Below are positions 38,961 to 51,864 of a stretch of 64,000 nucleotides of DNA, in pieces. The notes below the pieces were generated by a model. That model was given only the letters and a program-made list of their open reading frames with translations. It had not been told where the DNA came from and searched no databases. Both the position numbers and the translations under genes were made by a program. This DNA comes from Marsupella aquatica (taxonomy: Eukaryota; Plantae; Marchantiophyta). How positions within the stretch are numbered: the first letter of the stretch is position 1; every line of letters begins with the position of its first letter. The DNA lies in NCBI GenBank assembly GCA_973895155.1, contig OZ316898.1:1711927-1775926 (forward strand), in the 5' to 3' direction.

Positions 38961-39277
38961 ACCCAAACTCCCATGGACCACGAAAATGTGGTTCATGGGA
39001 GCACAGTGTCCAACATGATATTCATCCTGCCTCCAAAATGGTCAATTTCTCCAAAATGAGATCAAACCCTAAAGTTTAATTAATAGTAATTTATTTGGGA
39101 GTACTTAACCCAAATTCACATGGACCACCAAAATGTGACTCATGGGAGCACAGTGTTCAACATGGTGATTCATCCTGCCTTCAATTTCTTCAAAATGGTC
39201 AATTTCTCCAAAATGGTCAAATTTCTCCACAACGATATCAAGCCCTAAAGTTTACTTAACAGTAATTTATTTGGGAG
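38961..39277. repeat. Tandem duplication of a ~147-170-bp unit
   Basis: ACCCAAA.TC.CATGGACCAC.AAAATGTG...CCCTAAAGTTTA.TTAA.AGTAATTTATTTGGGAG occurs twice. The second copy has an internal expansion of CAAAATGGTCAATTTCTC. Confidence 0.85.
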
Positions 39278-40748
39278 GAGTTAGGTACAATGGACAGCTC
39301 CCGGAATTCGGAGGCCGCGACTGAGCGCGGGAACGAACATGCGGTCGACCGATGGAAAAGAGTTATCGCCCCGATCAACGGATACCAATATTCCTGTACT
39401 GCAGGTCCGTCCGTCCGTCAACCGGAAGCGCACGAACGGGCCGGAGCGTCCGCGACGACCGTCGCCCAGGGTCGCTGCCCCACCTCCTGCCCAACTCATG
39501 ACCGTTTCAGTTACTGGCCCGGAGAAGATTTTCCATAATAATTTATCATGATTGGTTTTGGGGGAAACGGGCAGAGGGCAGGCAAAATTATTAAATTTTC
39601 TTTCTCAAGGTCAACTGTGGTAAGAAATAGCAGCCGATATTCGGGTCACCGTAGATTTAGGGAGACATTACTGCGACTGCAGTATTCAAGGCCACGAACT
39701 TGCATGTTTTTTCACTTTTTATCTGACCCTATCTGATGGTGAAGGAATCTTCTCACGCTACAGTTTGTAGTCATTTTTTTTTTCTCTGTATATTGTGATT
39801 TGTGAGAGACCTGAACCGTAGAGATTCCTTATCGTAAGGACATCCGTCAGATTTTGGAAGTCCTGGCGATTCCAGCTAGTGCGAAAGGCAGCTTTTCTCC
39901 AGATTCAAGTGGGACCCACCTAATATTTACTTAGAAGTATACTAAAGTTAAGGATAGCTGTAAGATATTTCCTGAAATCTGAGGGACAGCAGGGTCTTCA
40001 AAGATCTGGCAATCCTTCAAATAGAGGCATATGGTTTGCAGATTTTGCTTAATCCCCCCCTCCCCCCACCCACCCTTTCCTTTTTCTTTGTATCATTCCG
40101 TAGGAGCTGGAGGAGGTAATAATGTGGGGAGATTAGCCAACTAAAAACATCACTGGGGGAGAGAGCTGAACTGGTCAATCAAATAATAGTGCTTGCTACA
40201 AACAAATAAGCAAATCTATGTCCAAACATAGGAAAGCTCTGCAAGACACAAAGTTTTGACAAGGTCGACACAGACAGTTTTGACTAGGTGCACCAGCCTT
40301 TTATTCATACCTTTTAGGAGGGGGTAGAGTGCTGATCCCTCCACTGGATCTTGAGCTAACTGCAATATCAAGGCTAATTAATGCATGATTCTGTATGATT
40401 AAGGGGGGTTGCTGCGTGTGGCCATTGTGCGACCCTGATATTGATATAAGTACAAAGTGAGAATGAGGCTAAATGTGGAACATATGCTGGGTTGTTGGTA
40501 GACTAGCAGAGAAGCGAGTCGGCGAGTACAAAATAAAGCAAAAAGTGACAGTTTTCTCCCCTTATTTGCAAAAAAACTTGCCTTTTTAGTTGATTTACTC
40601 GCCAGATCTGGCAATATGTCTTAAATCTAGGAAAATCTGATCTAGGAAAATTTGATATATATATATTCAAAGAAGAGCATTCATTAAATCTGATAGTTTC
40701 TTAAGAGTACTTTGAAGAGATTTTTGCTTCTGTTTTGTTACACTATGG

Positions 40749-41080
40749 TTAGAGTGTGTCTATCTAGGTTGCATTCAACTCAATCAAGTCATGGGAGGGG
40801 GAGTCCACCATTGATTGATTAACCATGTATTCAACTACCCAAATCAGCCAGTCTACGGTTGATTTCCATAGCTTAGTGTGTCCATTTGAGTCACGTTCAA
40901 GCAATAAAGTCATGGAAAGGGGAGTCTACCATCACTTGATATATTCAACAATACCAATGAAGCCAGGAAAATCCTGAGTCTATGGTTGATTTCAAATGTT
41001 CATGACTTAGTCTGTCCATGTAAGTTCATGTTCAATTCAATCAAGTCATGGGATGGGGAGTGTACCGTTGATGATTGATT
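40749..41080. repeat. Three diverged ~125-135-bp tandem units
   Basis: Recurrent TTAG.GTGTC.AT...TTCAA..CAAT.AAGTCATGG.A.GGGGAGT..ACC. Confidence 0.7.
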
Positions 41081-42920
41081 GCTCAACAAAACAAACTATT
41101 CAAACGCAATTATAGAGCCAATTCAAAGCAGGTCAGAAAGGAGTGGATACTGTTTACACTACAAAAGACTCGGTATGTAATTATTTAGATCCCATTGCAA
41201 ATTCCCTTGATATATGATCTTTGAATTGTTGGAGAATAATGCAAGGTTGCTTGTACTTGGAAATTTGTCCTCTACTTGACTCTTGGTACAAAGAGTAAAT
41301 TTGACTTCTATGGAGTTTGCATTTGTCTTCAAGTGTAAAGTAAAGAAAGAACCGGTCGCGGATCGAAGTTGATGACTTTGACTACCTTGGGGAGAAAGTA
41401 TCAAGACGTCATGGTGATCCTGAGTTGACATCTTCACGTCTTTCAGGTTCAAGGTTATCAAGTCATCAATTTACCGAGGTCTGAAACCAGATTGGTTTAC
41501 AATGTACTTGAAATTGACCATTAAGAAGACCGTTCACAAATCACATTTCAGTCAAAAGTGTAAATAGTGTTATCTGAGTCAGCTTAAATGTTTTGAGCAA
41601 GTCCATCCCCTGGTCCATCCAAGCTTTGCCAGTCCATCTGGGTTTCATAGTCAAAGTGGAGGTCCATCTGGGCTTTACTTTCAAAGAAAAAAGGATGAAA
41701 AATATCTCAGGAAATCTATAAATCATTTGTTTGTAGTGCATTAGGAGTGATAATAGCCCCTCAAAGCTTGGGCTAGGACCATCAATCTGCAGGCATCATA
41801 ACTGACAATGTCATGTGCTCAATAGCCAAATATAGTCGTAAGTACATTGTTTACACTATTTAGCGTGCTATCAGAATCAGCGTCACACCATTTACTGCCA
41901 CTCATCAGTTTCAGCCCAAACACACTATTTACTGCCACTCATCTGTTTTGGCCCAAACAAGCTTGCGAGGACAACGTTATGGCTTAAATTTTCATGCAAC
42001 TTAAGATATGCATTGGTGACATACCCCAATAGCACAAAAATAACACCATGAAAACTAAAATAAAAAAACACCTGACAAATGTAAATCTGTCACCATTAAT
42101 CATCAACATCTGATCCCATGGGTTGACCTAAAAAATTTGATGGCCTATTTGCGTGTTCAATTTTTTACCCTATTGATTGTGTTGCAAACATTTTTTAGGG
42201 TTTCTGGAGGCCTCAAGTCAAATCGATGGTCATGTCTGTGTATTGCAGACAACATAAACATCTCTGTTTAAATTGAGGGTAAATGTTGTGGGCGCATTTG
42301 AAACCATGGAAGTTGGAAGACACTACTCATGGGGGCCTCATGTGATTTGTTAAAATTGTAAACTATTTTTACATGCAGTTTCTTGTGAATCTTCTACTGG
42401 GTGAGACTGAGATCTACTATGAAGATCCACGTTTTGATTCATAGACAGCCCCCTCCTGTGAACCAACTGAAGGAGATGACAATGCAAGAGTGACTCAAAA
42501 ATTCCCCAAAATATGATAATTATGTTTCTTCTTACACACACAATCATAATATAGCATGCTCATCCTGGAACATGCTTTATTTTTTTGTCTTGTAGTGATC
42601 TGAAAGTAAATAAAATATGAGAGCATAGAAGTGTTGTTATATAAGTAAGCTGTATGCCAAGAAAAGCACAGTGACCAAGAAAAGGTACAGTCCAACAATT
42701 CTACGATGTGTGCACTTAACTCAGGGTGCCTTATGAATGACACTCCTTTCAATATAAACCAAAAACCTAGGAAAGAAAAACATGAGGAGAACTTAAGAGG
42801 CTATGCATTCATGTTCTTCAACATCATTTCTCTTACTCGTGGTGGTGGAGTCTTTGGTTTCATCTCTAAGAAATCACATACTATGAAAGGCAGCTGCCAA
42901 AATAAGTTCAAAACACTCTA

Positions 42921-43367
42921 GTATACCTAAAACTGAAGGGGTCTAAAAATTAATTAAATATGTATAGAATACAAAGGCTACCCCTTGATAAGGCAGATTG
43001 AAATGAAAATACATGACACAAAAATCTGAATAATAAGGTATACCTAAAACTAAAGGGGTCTAAAAATTAATTAAATATGTATAGAATACAAAGGCAGGCA
43101 GATTGAAATGAAAATACATGACACAAAAATATGAATAATAAAGTATACCTAAAACTAAAGGGGTTTAAAAATTAATTAAATATGTATAGAATACAAAGGT
43201 AGGCTGATTGAAATGAAAATACATGACACAAAAATCTAAATCTGAATAAGAAAGTGTACCTAAAACTAAAGAAGTCTAAAAATTAATTAAATATGTATAG
43301 AGTACAAAGGCTACCGCTTGATAAGGCAAATTGAAATGAAAATATATGACACAAAAATTTGAATAAG
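42921..43367. repeat. Four AT-rich tandem units of 105-117 bp
   Basis: GTATACCTAAAACT.AAGGGGTCTAAAAATTAATTAAATATGTATAGAATACAAAGG...ATTGAAATGAAAATACATGACACAAAAAT starts at ~42921, 43038, 43143 and 43254. Confidence 0.92.
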
Positions 43368-43576
43368 ACAAAATCTGAAATGTGCATTCACTATATATGC
43401 AGTTTCAAAAATATGATAATTATGTTTCTTCTTACACACACGATCATAATATAATTATGTGAAATTAGTATTGAGTCGGTACAATTTATCCCAAGTACTT
43501 TATAGTGTGAAGCTGAACAATGGCACATCACACAACTAGGAGGGATATTGTAATGAAGCAAATGTTAAGGGTACAT

Positions 43577-43818
43577 TTCCAATTCTGACACCTTACAGGG
43601 GTCATTTGGTAATATAGTAATTTGTTTCCCTTGTACTGACTGTGGTGGCCCGAAAACAATTCCAATTTCTGACACATGTGCAGGTGTAATATGGTAATTT
43701 TTCCCGTCTACTCACTGACTCACTTTAGTCGACCAGAAAACAATTCCAATTCTGACACCTTGCATAAGTAAATTGCTAATTTTCCCGTGTACTGACTTTA
43801 GTGGCCCTGAAAACAAGG
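43577..43818. repeat. Three diverged ~85-bp tandem units
   Basis: TTCCAATTCTGACAC...TAATTT.TCCC.T.TACT.ACT...GAAAACAA occurs three times. Confidence 0.7.
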
Positions 43819-46800
43819 CAGCCAGAAGGAGAGCGCTCACACCAATACTCTACTTACTTTCTGCAACACACAATAGTCGTAGATTCGTAGTCAGTCTGTG
43901 GGACCCAAATACCAACGTGGAGACACGACCTTCGAGACTATTTTGCTCCTCATCTGACTGGGTCGATCTAGGCACTGTAGATCTGGTCCTAGCGATATAT
44001 ACAGAGTAGTGCAGACGATCTACTTGGCCAAGCCTGCAAAATCTTGCAACGACATGGTTGTTGCCAGGAGCAAACATTCCACGGGTGAGTGCTTGAGAAA
44101 ATTGCTTCGTCAATACGTGATCACTGAAGTTTGCATGAAATTTTCCTACTGGGCTTATTGCAAAGCCATGATTTTCTGGTGAGAGAATGGGCTCAAGGAG
44201 CTTCATTCACTCGTTCAAGAGGGGGGCCGATTCCTGCACCGCTGACTACGGAACGATAATTGGTGAGGCTCCTGAGGCGGCTATCTCACAAACTCGATCT
44301 CAACGTAGACGGATTTATCTTGGTCACTCTAATAGAGACAGGTCACGTGCCTTGATTCTAATTTGCCAAAGGATCTTTAAGCCACGGACTCGATCACAAT
44401 ACACTAGTTGCGGATCTCAAAATCAAAACCATGGTTTCTATTTCGGAATGAAGTTACAAATGGGCGTTCTGCCCCACTCCAACTTAACGTACATATCCCC
44501 CTCTCAGAGACTCCAGGAGACAACATGCGGTGAGAACCACCTACAAGGACCCTCCACAAGACATCTGAGCCCATGTTGTGCCGATACTTAGGTGGGTTGG
44601 ACGGAGTGTCACCAGTAGATTGATGTTCTCGGACTAGATTCTAAATTGGGAGATTCGGTAGCCTACAACTGTGAAGCAAAATGCTAGCAACGTTGGCATC
44701 CAGGATTTATCCATGGCCTCAGTTGGTGATGACGAAACAAGAGAATTAAACGAGGAATTAAATATACATTCAGTATGTCGCACAATTTTGGTCTGACTGT
44801 ACTTTCAAATAAATGAATCGAACGCTCCGATGCTGAGATTTTGCCCAGGCCCGAGCCGATGCACACGCAAAAACGATCAGAACGATCTTCCAGATATAAG
44901 ATAACTTTGACCTCCTGGCCTGCTAGAAACCCAAGACTTGGCGTGATCTCAAATGAGTTCGTGGAGACCGCTCTAGTATCATGGCTCAGTGTGTGTCCAG
45001 ATGTTGCCGCAATTATTGTGCAATTGAAGGAGCTACACTCCATAGGAGTTGACTTGATCGAGTTGCTATCGTTTCAAGCTTTGGCGGTGTATCAGCTGTT
45101 ATGCCGAGGTAGGCCAGAAGGGTAAGAAATCAAGCTAGCATACTGATCGTACAGCAGGAAGAAAGCAGGCGAGAAAGCTATAGCAGCCTGGAGAGAAAAC
45201 GAGCGACCCATAGCAATCTGCTTTGAACATCAAGATGTGTCTGATCCGTCTGAGCTCTGTTCGCGAGGCCCGCCATTCTCGCAATCAGAAGCCCCCTGAT
45301 CGTGGACCAGAAGGGCCACATTCAGCGAGAACGGGTAGTCACAAAGTGAACGCTTCTGTGTCGGAGCCCGTCGCTGTTTTGCTGTTTCTCGTCTATTGGG
45401 ACATTGGATTTATCGTATCAATCCCCTATGAAGTGGCTCAGAGTTTCTTTTCATTTGCCATACACGCGGTCGGAGTCCGCTACATCGGCCAAGCCATCTC
45501 CTTCGTCGACGTGCTGCGTGCTGCAGTCCCCCGCTTGGATGCGCTTGACCGTTTCTTGTCTTAGAGTCGGCCGCTCAGTACTGTTGTTATCGTTGGAGGG
45601 GTCTGTCGTGAGATGATCTTCATCCTCGCGAGGAGCGTGTCCGTTCTCGAGGACAACGGAAGGGCAACTGTGAGGAGGAGCTTCGCACTCCTCAAACGAA
45701 GGTTAATTACAGCTCTCCTGTTACAAATTGCTGTAGCTGTTTGTTCCACACTCACCTTAGTATCGTTCCAGACGAAGTTAGGAGCTCACATGCGCAGGTG
45801 TTCGACCAAATTTGGGTGAGCACCAGTTGATACTTGCAGGGCCTTACATCTGGTACAAGAGCTAATTCTGGCTCCTGGAAGCTTGTGCACTGGCGTCCAG
45901 TATGCAACCTTCGAATCTAACCATGACGAGGACGTTGGCGAATACATATAAAATTTAAGAACACTGAAGGGCGGATAACAGCAACTCAATAGGACGATTC
46001 AGGATGAGGAAAGCTGGTAGAGGCAAATAGTAAGACACTACAGACTATTGTATAATAGTGTTTGCTAGTTTGGTTTCGTGTCTTCTCTCGGGTGCTTTAC
46101 GAGAGCCTGGGTCCATCGCTGCCACTGGGACTATAAAAACAATATTTTGTGTAAATTAATGAGAATCTACGTATGTAGTCTGGTCCACACTGATCCTACA
46201 TTAGGTCAAACCTAAAGTGTACATAGCTGTGGACGAGACTTTCTTTTGAAGCTTTTCATCTTTAATTTGGTATTGATTAGTGTGTCTTGTGGCGAGTAAT
46301 GCCCGAAAAATAAGATATTGTATGGACTTCCATTGTCTTGGGAGAGGGAATTTCATGAATCTTCGAACGTGTATACTACAGTTTTCATGGTCTTGGAGAA
46401 GTGATCTTGCCATTGGAGTTCTTTCCCCAGTACAAAATTTGAATTGGAGCACTATGAGCAGACTTTGCGCGAATAATGCAGAGTTCCAGACTCGCTTGCC
46501 ATATATATTCTGACGACAATATATTTAATTTCTCTCCGAAAACCCTCCACACTTTGAAGGCCACTGGAGACGAGACATGAACTGGATCCACAGGCTTACC
46601 CGAGCTCCTGTACTTGTCCACCTGCCGTCCTAAAACTCGTACCAAAAAAACAACAAACACTCAATCAATGTCTAGTCCTAACGATAATCGATGGAATTGA
46701 TATAAAATTGGCCTAAGGAGTCAATTCTAAATATCTAAAAGTATGACTGCCCTTCCTGAGGCTTCTTTCATTGTGTGGACCTTGCCCTGGCACAAATCTA

Positions 46801-47411
46801 AATGTCATCTATGTGGGATATTGAAGTTCGAGATCACAACTTGAGATCTGGATTTCGGGAAGTTTTTTCCCCTTCCTACATTAACTTCCTTACATACGAA
46901 AGGACAAATTTCACATCCACAAAGTCGAACAATCCAATATGTGTGCCTGCTGGCACCGATATGTCCTGTACTACCTAAGTTTTGTCAAAGACACCTCCCA
47001 CTTCTCCCTCCCCGGGATCTATAATGATAGAGACCTGCTAGGGGACGTTAGACAACTTCCCTCAGCCAGGAGGAAGGAAGTTCTAAATTGTAGACAGAAC
47101 ATGACAGCCCATTTCCTGAAGTTCTGGGCTTCTGCAACACCAGGTAAACCGCTGTACACTACAAAACTTTTGAGCCCGACTAGATACCCACCACGTCCAT
47201 GCGAGTGGCCTCCCTGAGTGTAAAGAAGGGTCCCAGCCGGTGACAAGTGCAGAACAAATTCTCGCTACTAGTATCCTCGACTATCCATGTTTACACAAAC
47301 TGCAACCCATATTTTACAAGCTTCCCATACTACGAAACATGATAGTCAGCCCGAGGCCCCTGTCCAGTCATGTACATTTTCTTGTGCCCTGTTCAGTTTA
47401 CCACAATGAGC

Positions 47412-50400
47412 TCAATCCCTGTGTGGCAGCTGAGGGTCTGCAACAACACCTGGGACACCCCAGCCATTTGCTGGCCGGGTTGGAGCCACCACAACATCCT
47501 CAGGGAACAAAGCCTTGATAATGCCTGGAGTCTTCAAAATACGACGTCCCGTCATGACTGGATAGACATCCTCCAAGAAGTAGTAAGCATGTCCAGCGGC
47601 CATGCCCTGAAACAAACCATAACCTGGGCTTAGTATTTGAAGTTTTATCGCTTTCATCCATGCTCTTGGGTACTGTGAGCAACTGTTAAGAATGGCCAAT
47701 TAAAATTGTATGAACAGTTGCACAACGAGGAATGCCCTGTAAACAATCAGGGGTCGTAAAGCAAGTAGGGTTCGAAACATTTTCGCACATACCAAAAGAT
47801 CCACCCAAGGGCTGCTTGCCACCATAACTGAGAATCCCAATAAGACCTGCAGAGTACACCGCGTGTGATTCAGTGTCGATAAAACACAAGATATCCGGCA
47901 TAAATCTGGAACGCTGCCCAAAATACTATAACCGAAAAAAGTGGAACATGACAGCTAGAGGTCAACACCCTAGCTCGCAAAGGAAATGCACGTTCAAAGA
48001 TATCTTAGACCAAAATAGGGGTGCTGTGGTGCCACTGGAATGATTTTCAAGTGAAAAAACTTAGACAGCCTATACCATTGCAGTCCATACATAACTGCCA
48101 GATTTACTTTCTCTTGCGTTGTTCCAAAAATGGTGGAGACAAATCCAAGAGCTCCAAAACGAGTGAAATTCGTGAGTAGCTGCGTGGATTCTCAAGAGGA
48201 CCATATAAATGCCAAGAAAACTCATGTTGATAGTTCTGTAGAGAGTCTCACCCGGCCTACTTGAGTTCGACGAGAAGGATCAAAAACTCACCCATGGCAG
48301 GTACGGTGCTGTGAAGCTGAATAGACCGAGAAAACTCATTTGTACATTTGGATTGCGCTTGCTCCACACGTATACCTGCGAGAGAGTTAAGAGACAAAGA
48401 GTAGACGAGGGAATTATTGCTACAAACATTTTAAACAGGAATGAGTTCGACAAAGTTTCTCATATTGCTCAAATTGTACGAGATTCACGGCTACTTAGCT
48501 CCAAGAGTCGGTTCACAACTAGTTTTCGCCTAACATTCAGCTTTTACGCAAAAAGATCAAATGCTGCACATACTTTGATCAGTCAAAGATATGGAAGATG
48601 GCACCTCACCATCATAAACGTGAGGGAGTTACTGAGGAAATATATGTCCGCAATGGGCATGAAGAACGTCAGGAATGCTCCTCCAAGGAACATCAATGTT
48701 AACAAGGTCCCACCAAAAAGCAGCATGAAGAAGAAATCAGCCGTTCGACCTCTAAATGACGTTTCCTCCAGCAGCTTGCAATATCGGGCAAGGAAGAACA
48801 TGTGAAACAGGAAGTCCAGATCTATTCACAAACCCACCACACAACCCACGATTAGAACTAAGCCTAACCATGAACCTGAGCTGGGAAAACCATTTCCCAC
48901 ATAAAAGACGGGTGAAACCTCCTAACTACATAGAGATATAGACGAGCAATTCAATTCATAATTTCGTTAGCGTCCACGCATGACGTCATAAGCATGACAC
49001 TGACAGTCCTATCAAGGGTGAATATAATCTATCTCCAATGTCTCTTTCTAGAAGAGCTGAAACGTACCTAGTTTACCGAAATAAAAGAAGTTAGTCACTA
49101 ATCTCCAAACTTCCCAGTGCTTCACCACCAGATTTGGATTCAAATACACGGAAAAAGGCGATATTATCTGCATCCAGAATTAATTCCAATAGAATTGGTC
49201 AGAACCGATCCCGAGGTTACTGTACAGTACAGTCTTCATTCAAACCAAAAAGTAGAAAAGCTCAGCTACGTTTCTTTGAACCAGGCTACTGACGAGAATT
49301 TTGTTTTTTTTAATCTACTACAAAAATGCAGCAACTCTGATCAATTAAAGCTTTAGGGTTCCACTTTCCTTCTCGCAGTACATGACTCTCCGTTTACGAA
49401 TAAAGAACATTTTAGAAATTAAAATATTTTTTATTCTTTTGCATCCAGGATTACGTAGTCAGTCCAGGTAACATAGGTAGCTTTTGTGCCGTGTTGGACA
49501 GACAAGTACGCTAAATGACAAATATGGGAGGAGAAAGATAAATGAATGATAGACAAAAGGCATAACCACTAACAGCGTTGCCAAACCATAGCAACCAATC
49601 TCAATTGCTGGTCCTTCGGAACAATGTCAACGAACACAAAGTGGCAGGACAGCACGTGTATTTCAACTGAGACGTGGGGACTGTTTAGTGCTTCAGAGGA
49701 TTCGTTTGGTGCCATCCCACACACTATGAGGCGGTTAATTCCATCGGTGAACCTAGCAGAATATTCCAATGGTGAATAAGATCACAACTGACGCAGAAGA
49801 CAGCAGTACTGATAAACTTGTCCACACCCTAAAATCTCTCGAGTGTGAATTAGAAGACCCCTGTGCGTTCGCTTTCCCTTACTGTACCGTTCTTCGATGT
49901 CTGGATGTCTCGTCCAGATGATAGCATAGCGGTTATAGCAGCAACGAATCAGTGTAATCCATCAGAAAGCTTACCCTCTTGACAGATTTAAAACCCTCAA
50001 GAGGGCCTCAACCTCAACAATCAACAACAGAACGAAGTGGAGGCCCTCGCGAGGACGCGAAATGCTTTAAGGGTGTTAGTGCAAAGTCAACCGGTTATTC
50101 GCGCAATTTTTCAAGTCGGCTGACATTGCCAAACGGACATCGAAAATGAACAAGACGAAGACTCTGAAGAATGGGTAAAACTCGACCATCACATCTGGAA
50201 AAAATAACACCAGGATCCAAATGATCGCCCAGATGCTCGCAAACTATACAAATCTTGACACCACCTCTCAAATCGAATTCAAGTCTCATCGAATCACCGA
50301 GGGACATAAAAGTAGTTTCAATGGGAGTCAGTTCGAACAAAGGAGACTTAATGTCCATGTGCATCCGGTAAACCAATTCAGAAGAGCGCGAGAAAGTACC

Positions 50401-50498
50401 TCCAAAGCGCATCCAGCCGTAGTGAGAACGGATAGAGTCAGATAAGATCGAGTGATGATAGGCATCTGCCTGTACCAATCCTCCACAATCTGTGCCAT
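47412..50498 (-). CDS. DER2: Derlin-2 (ERAD rhomboid-like pseudoprotease), 6 exons, ~247 aa
   Basis: Exons 50498-50400, 49167-49068, 48821-48610, 48375-48292, 47846-47793 and 47606-47412. Motifs [63 protein letters not shown] and [12 protein letters not shown]. Confidence 0.95.
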
Positions 50499-51363
50499 CT
50501 CTAACCCTCACAGTGCCAGCCGCAAATAAATTTCCAGGCCACGTACACCGAGAAATCCTACTACGCACACAAACCCTAACAAAGCACCAAATCGTCGTGA
50601 GTCTCAATCCAGTCGAACCCTCAGCTCCGAACCGAATTCAACGCCCCCCGTATCACAACCTCTGTCACCAATCCCTGTGAAGTCTCCGGAGCCCCAGCTA
50701 CAGCACTACCCGTCCATAGCGACTACCGTATGCACACCTACCCACCTAGTCCTCCACCCAAACAATGTCCCACAGACCTTCACTCCAGGGAAAAGCGTTC
50801 TCCCACACGCCCGACCGATCGCTCCGCCAATGGACACAAATCAATCCGCCGAAGGGCACAATTCACTCCGCAGAAGAACACGGCAGTCTGGATCAATACA
50901 CAGAGCTAGTTCTCAACCTTCCATATATAATAAGCCTCGCCTGCTAGCGAAAGGAAGGAAGGAAGGAAGGAAGGAAGGACGGAAAGGAGAGAGGGAACCA
51001 CACAAATCAATCAAACTACTCCCTCTGCGAGGAAAAAACCTACTGACCGGAAACGATCCCGATTCCCTAACGACCGAATCATAGACTACCTACACGTCCG
51101 CAGCTCCCTACAGCGAAGAGACAGCGAGGGGTTGCAGCGCAGCAGAGAGGCAGGGGATGATGAGGATGGGCAGAAATCCGCAATCCGGGGGAGGAAGCCA
51201 GCAAGTAGTAGTAGTAGTAGTAGTAGTGTACCACCGCTGCACCGAAATGGGCGAGATTATAATTCTATTTCAAGAGGACGGGACGACGATGCCGCATGAC
51301 GCAATGTACCCAAAAAGTACAAGCCCGCAGCTCCCGAAAAGGGAACAGACAGCAAGGTGGGGA

Positions 51364-51483
51364 GAGCGGTGCTCTGGAGAGAGAGCGAGAGAGAGGAGTG
51401 AAATGCTGGAATGGGGAGAAGAGCGGTGCTCTGGAGAGAGAGCGAGAGAGAGGAGTGAAATGCTGGAATGGGGAGAAGAGCGG
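51364..51483. repeat. Purine-rich ~57-bp tandem duplication upstream of Derlin-2
   Basis: GAGCGGTGCTCTGGAGAGAGAGCGAGAGAGAGGAGTGAAATGCTGGAATGGGGAGAA occurs twice. Confidence 0.9.
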
Positions 51484-51864
51484 AACCAAATCAGGGAGGA
51501 GGAGGAGCGAGTGTGGCACGGCTATGAGGGGACAGTGGGTTTGCTTCAAATTGAATTTCGTTTCTGGGTGGATTGCGATTTCAAGAGGATGAGCGGAACG
51601 GCGAGCACGAGTCGGTGATGCCGTGATGGAGGTGGGGGATCGGATCGAGTACGAGGATCGGATCGAGGTAGAGGAAAGGAGAGGAGTGCAATGGAAAGTG
51701 GAATGGAAAGCGGGGAGGTACAGAAGTAAATGAATGTGGCACGACATCCGTGCCGCAGAGAGTGACACGACACGGAGGACGACGCGCCTTTGTATTTTTT
51801 TTCTGGAGACATATACTACAGTAGCTTTCTGGTCGCGGAAACTAAGATTTATTGGGCGTTTCAA

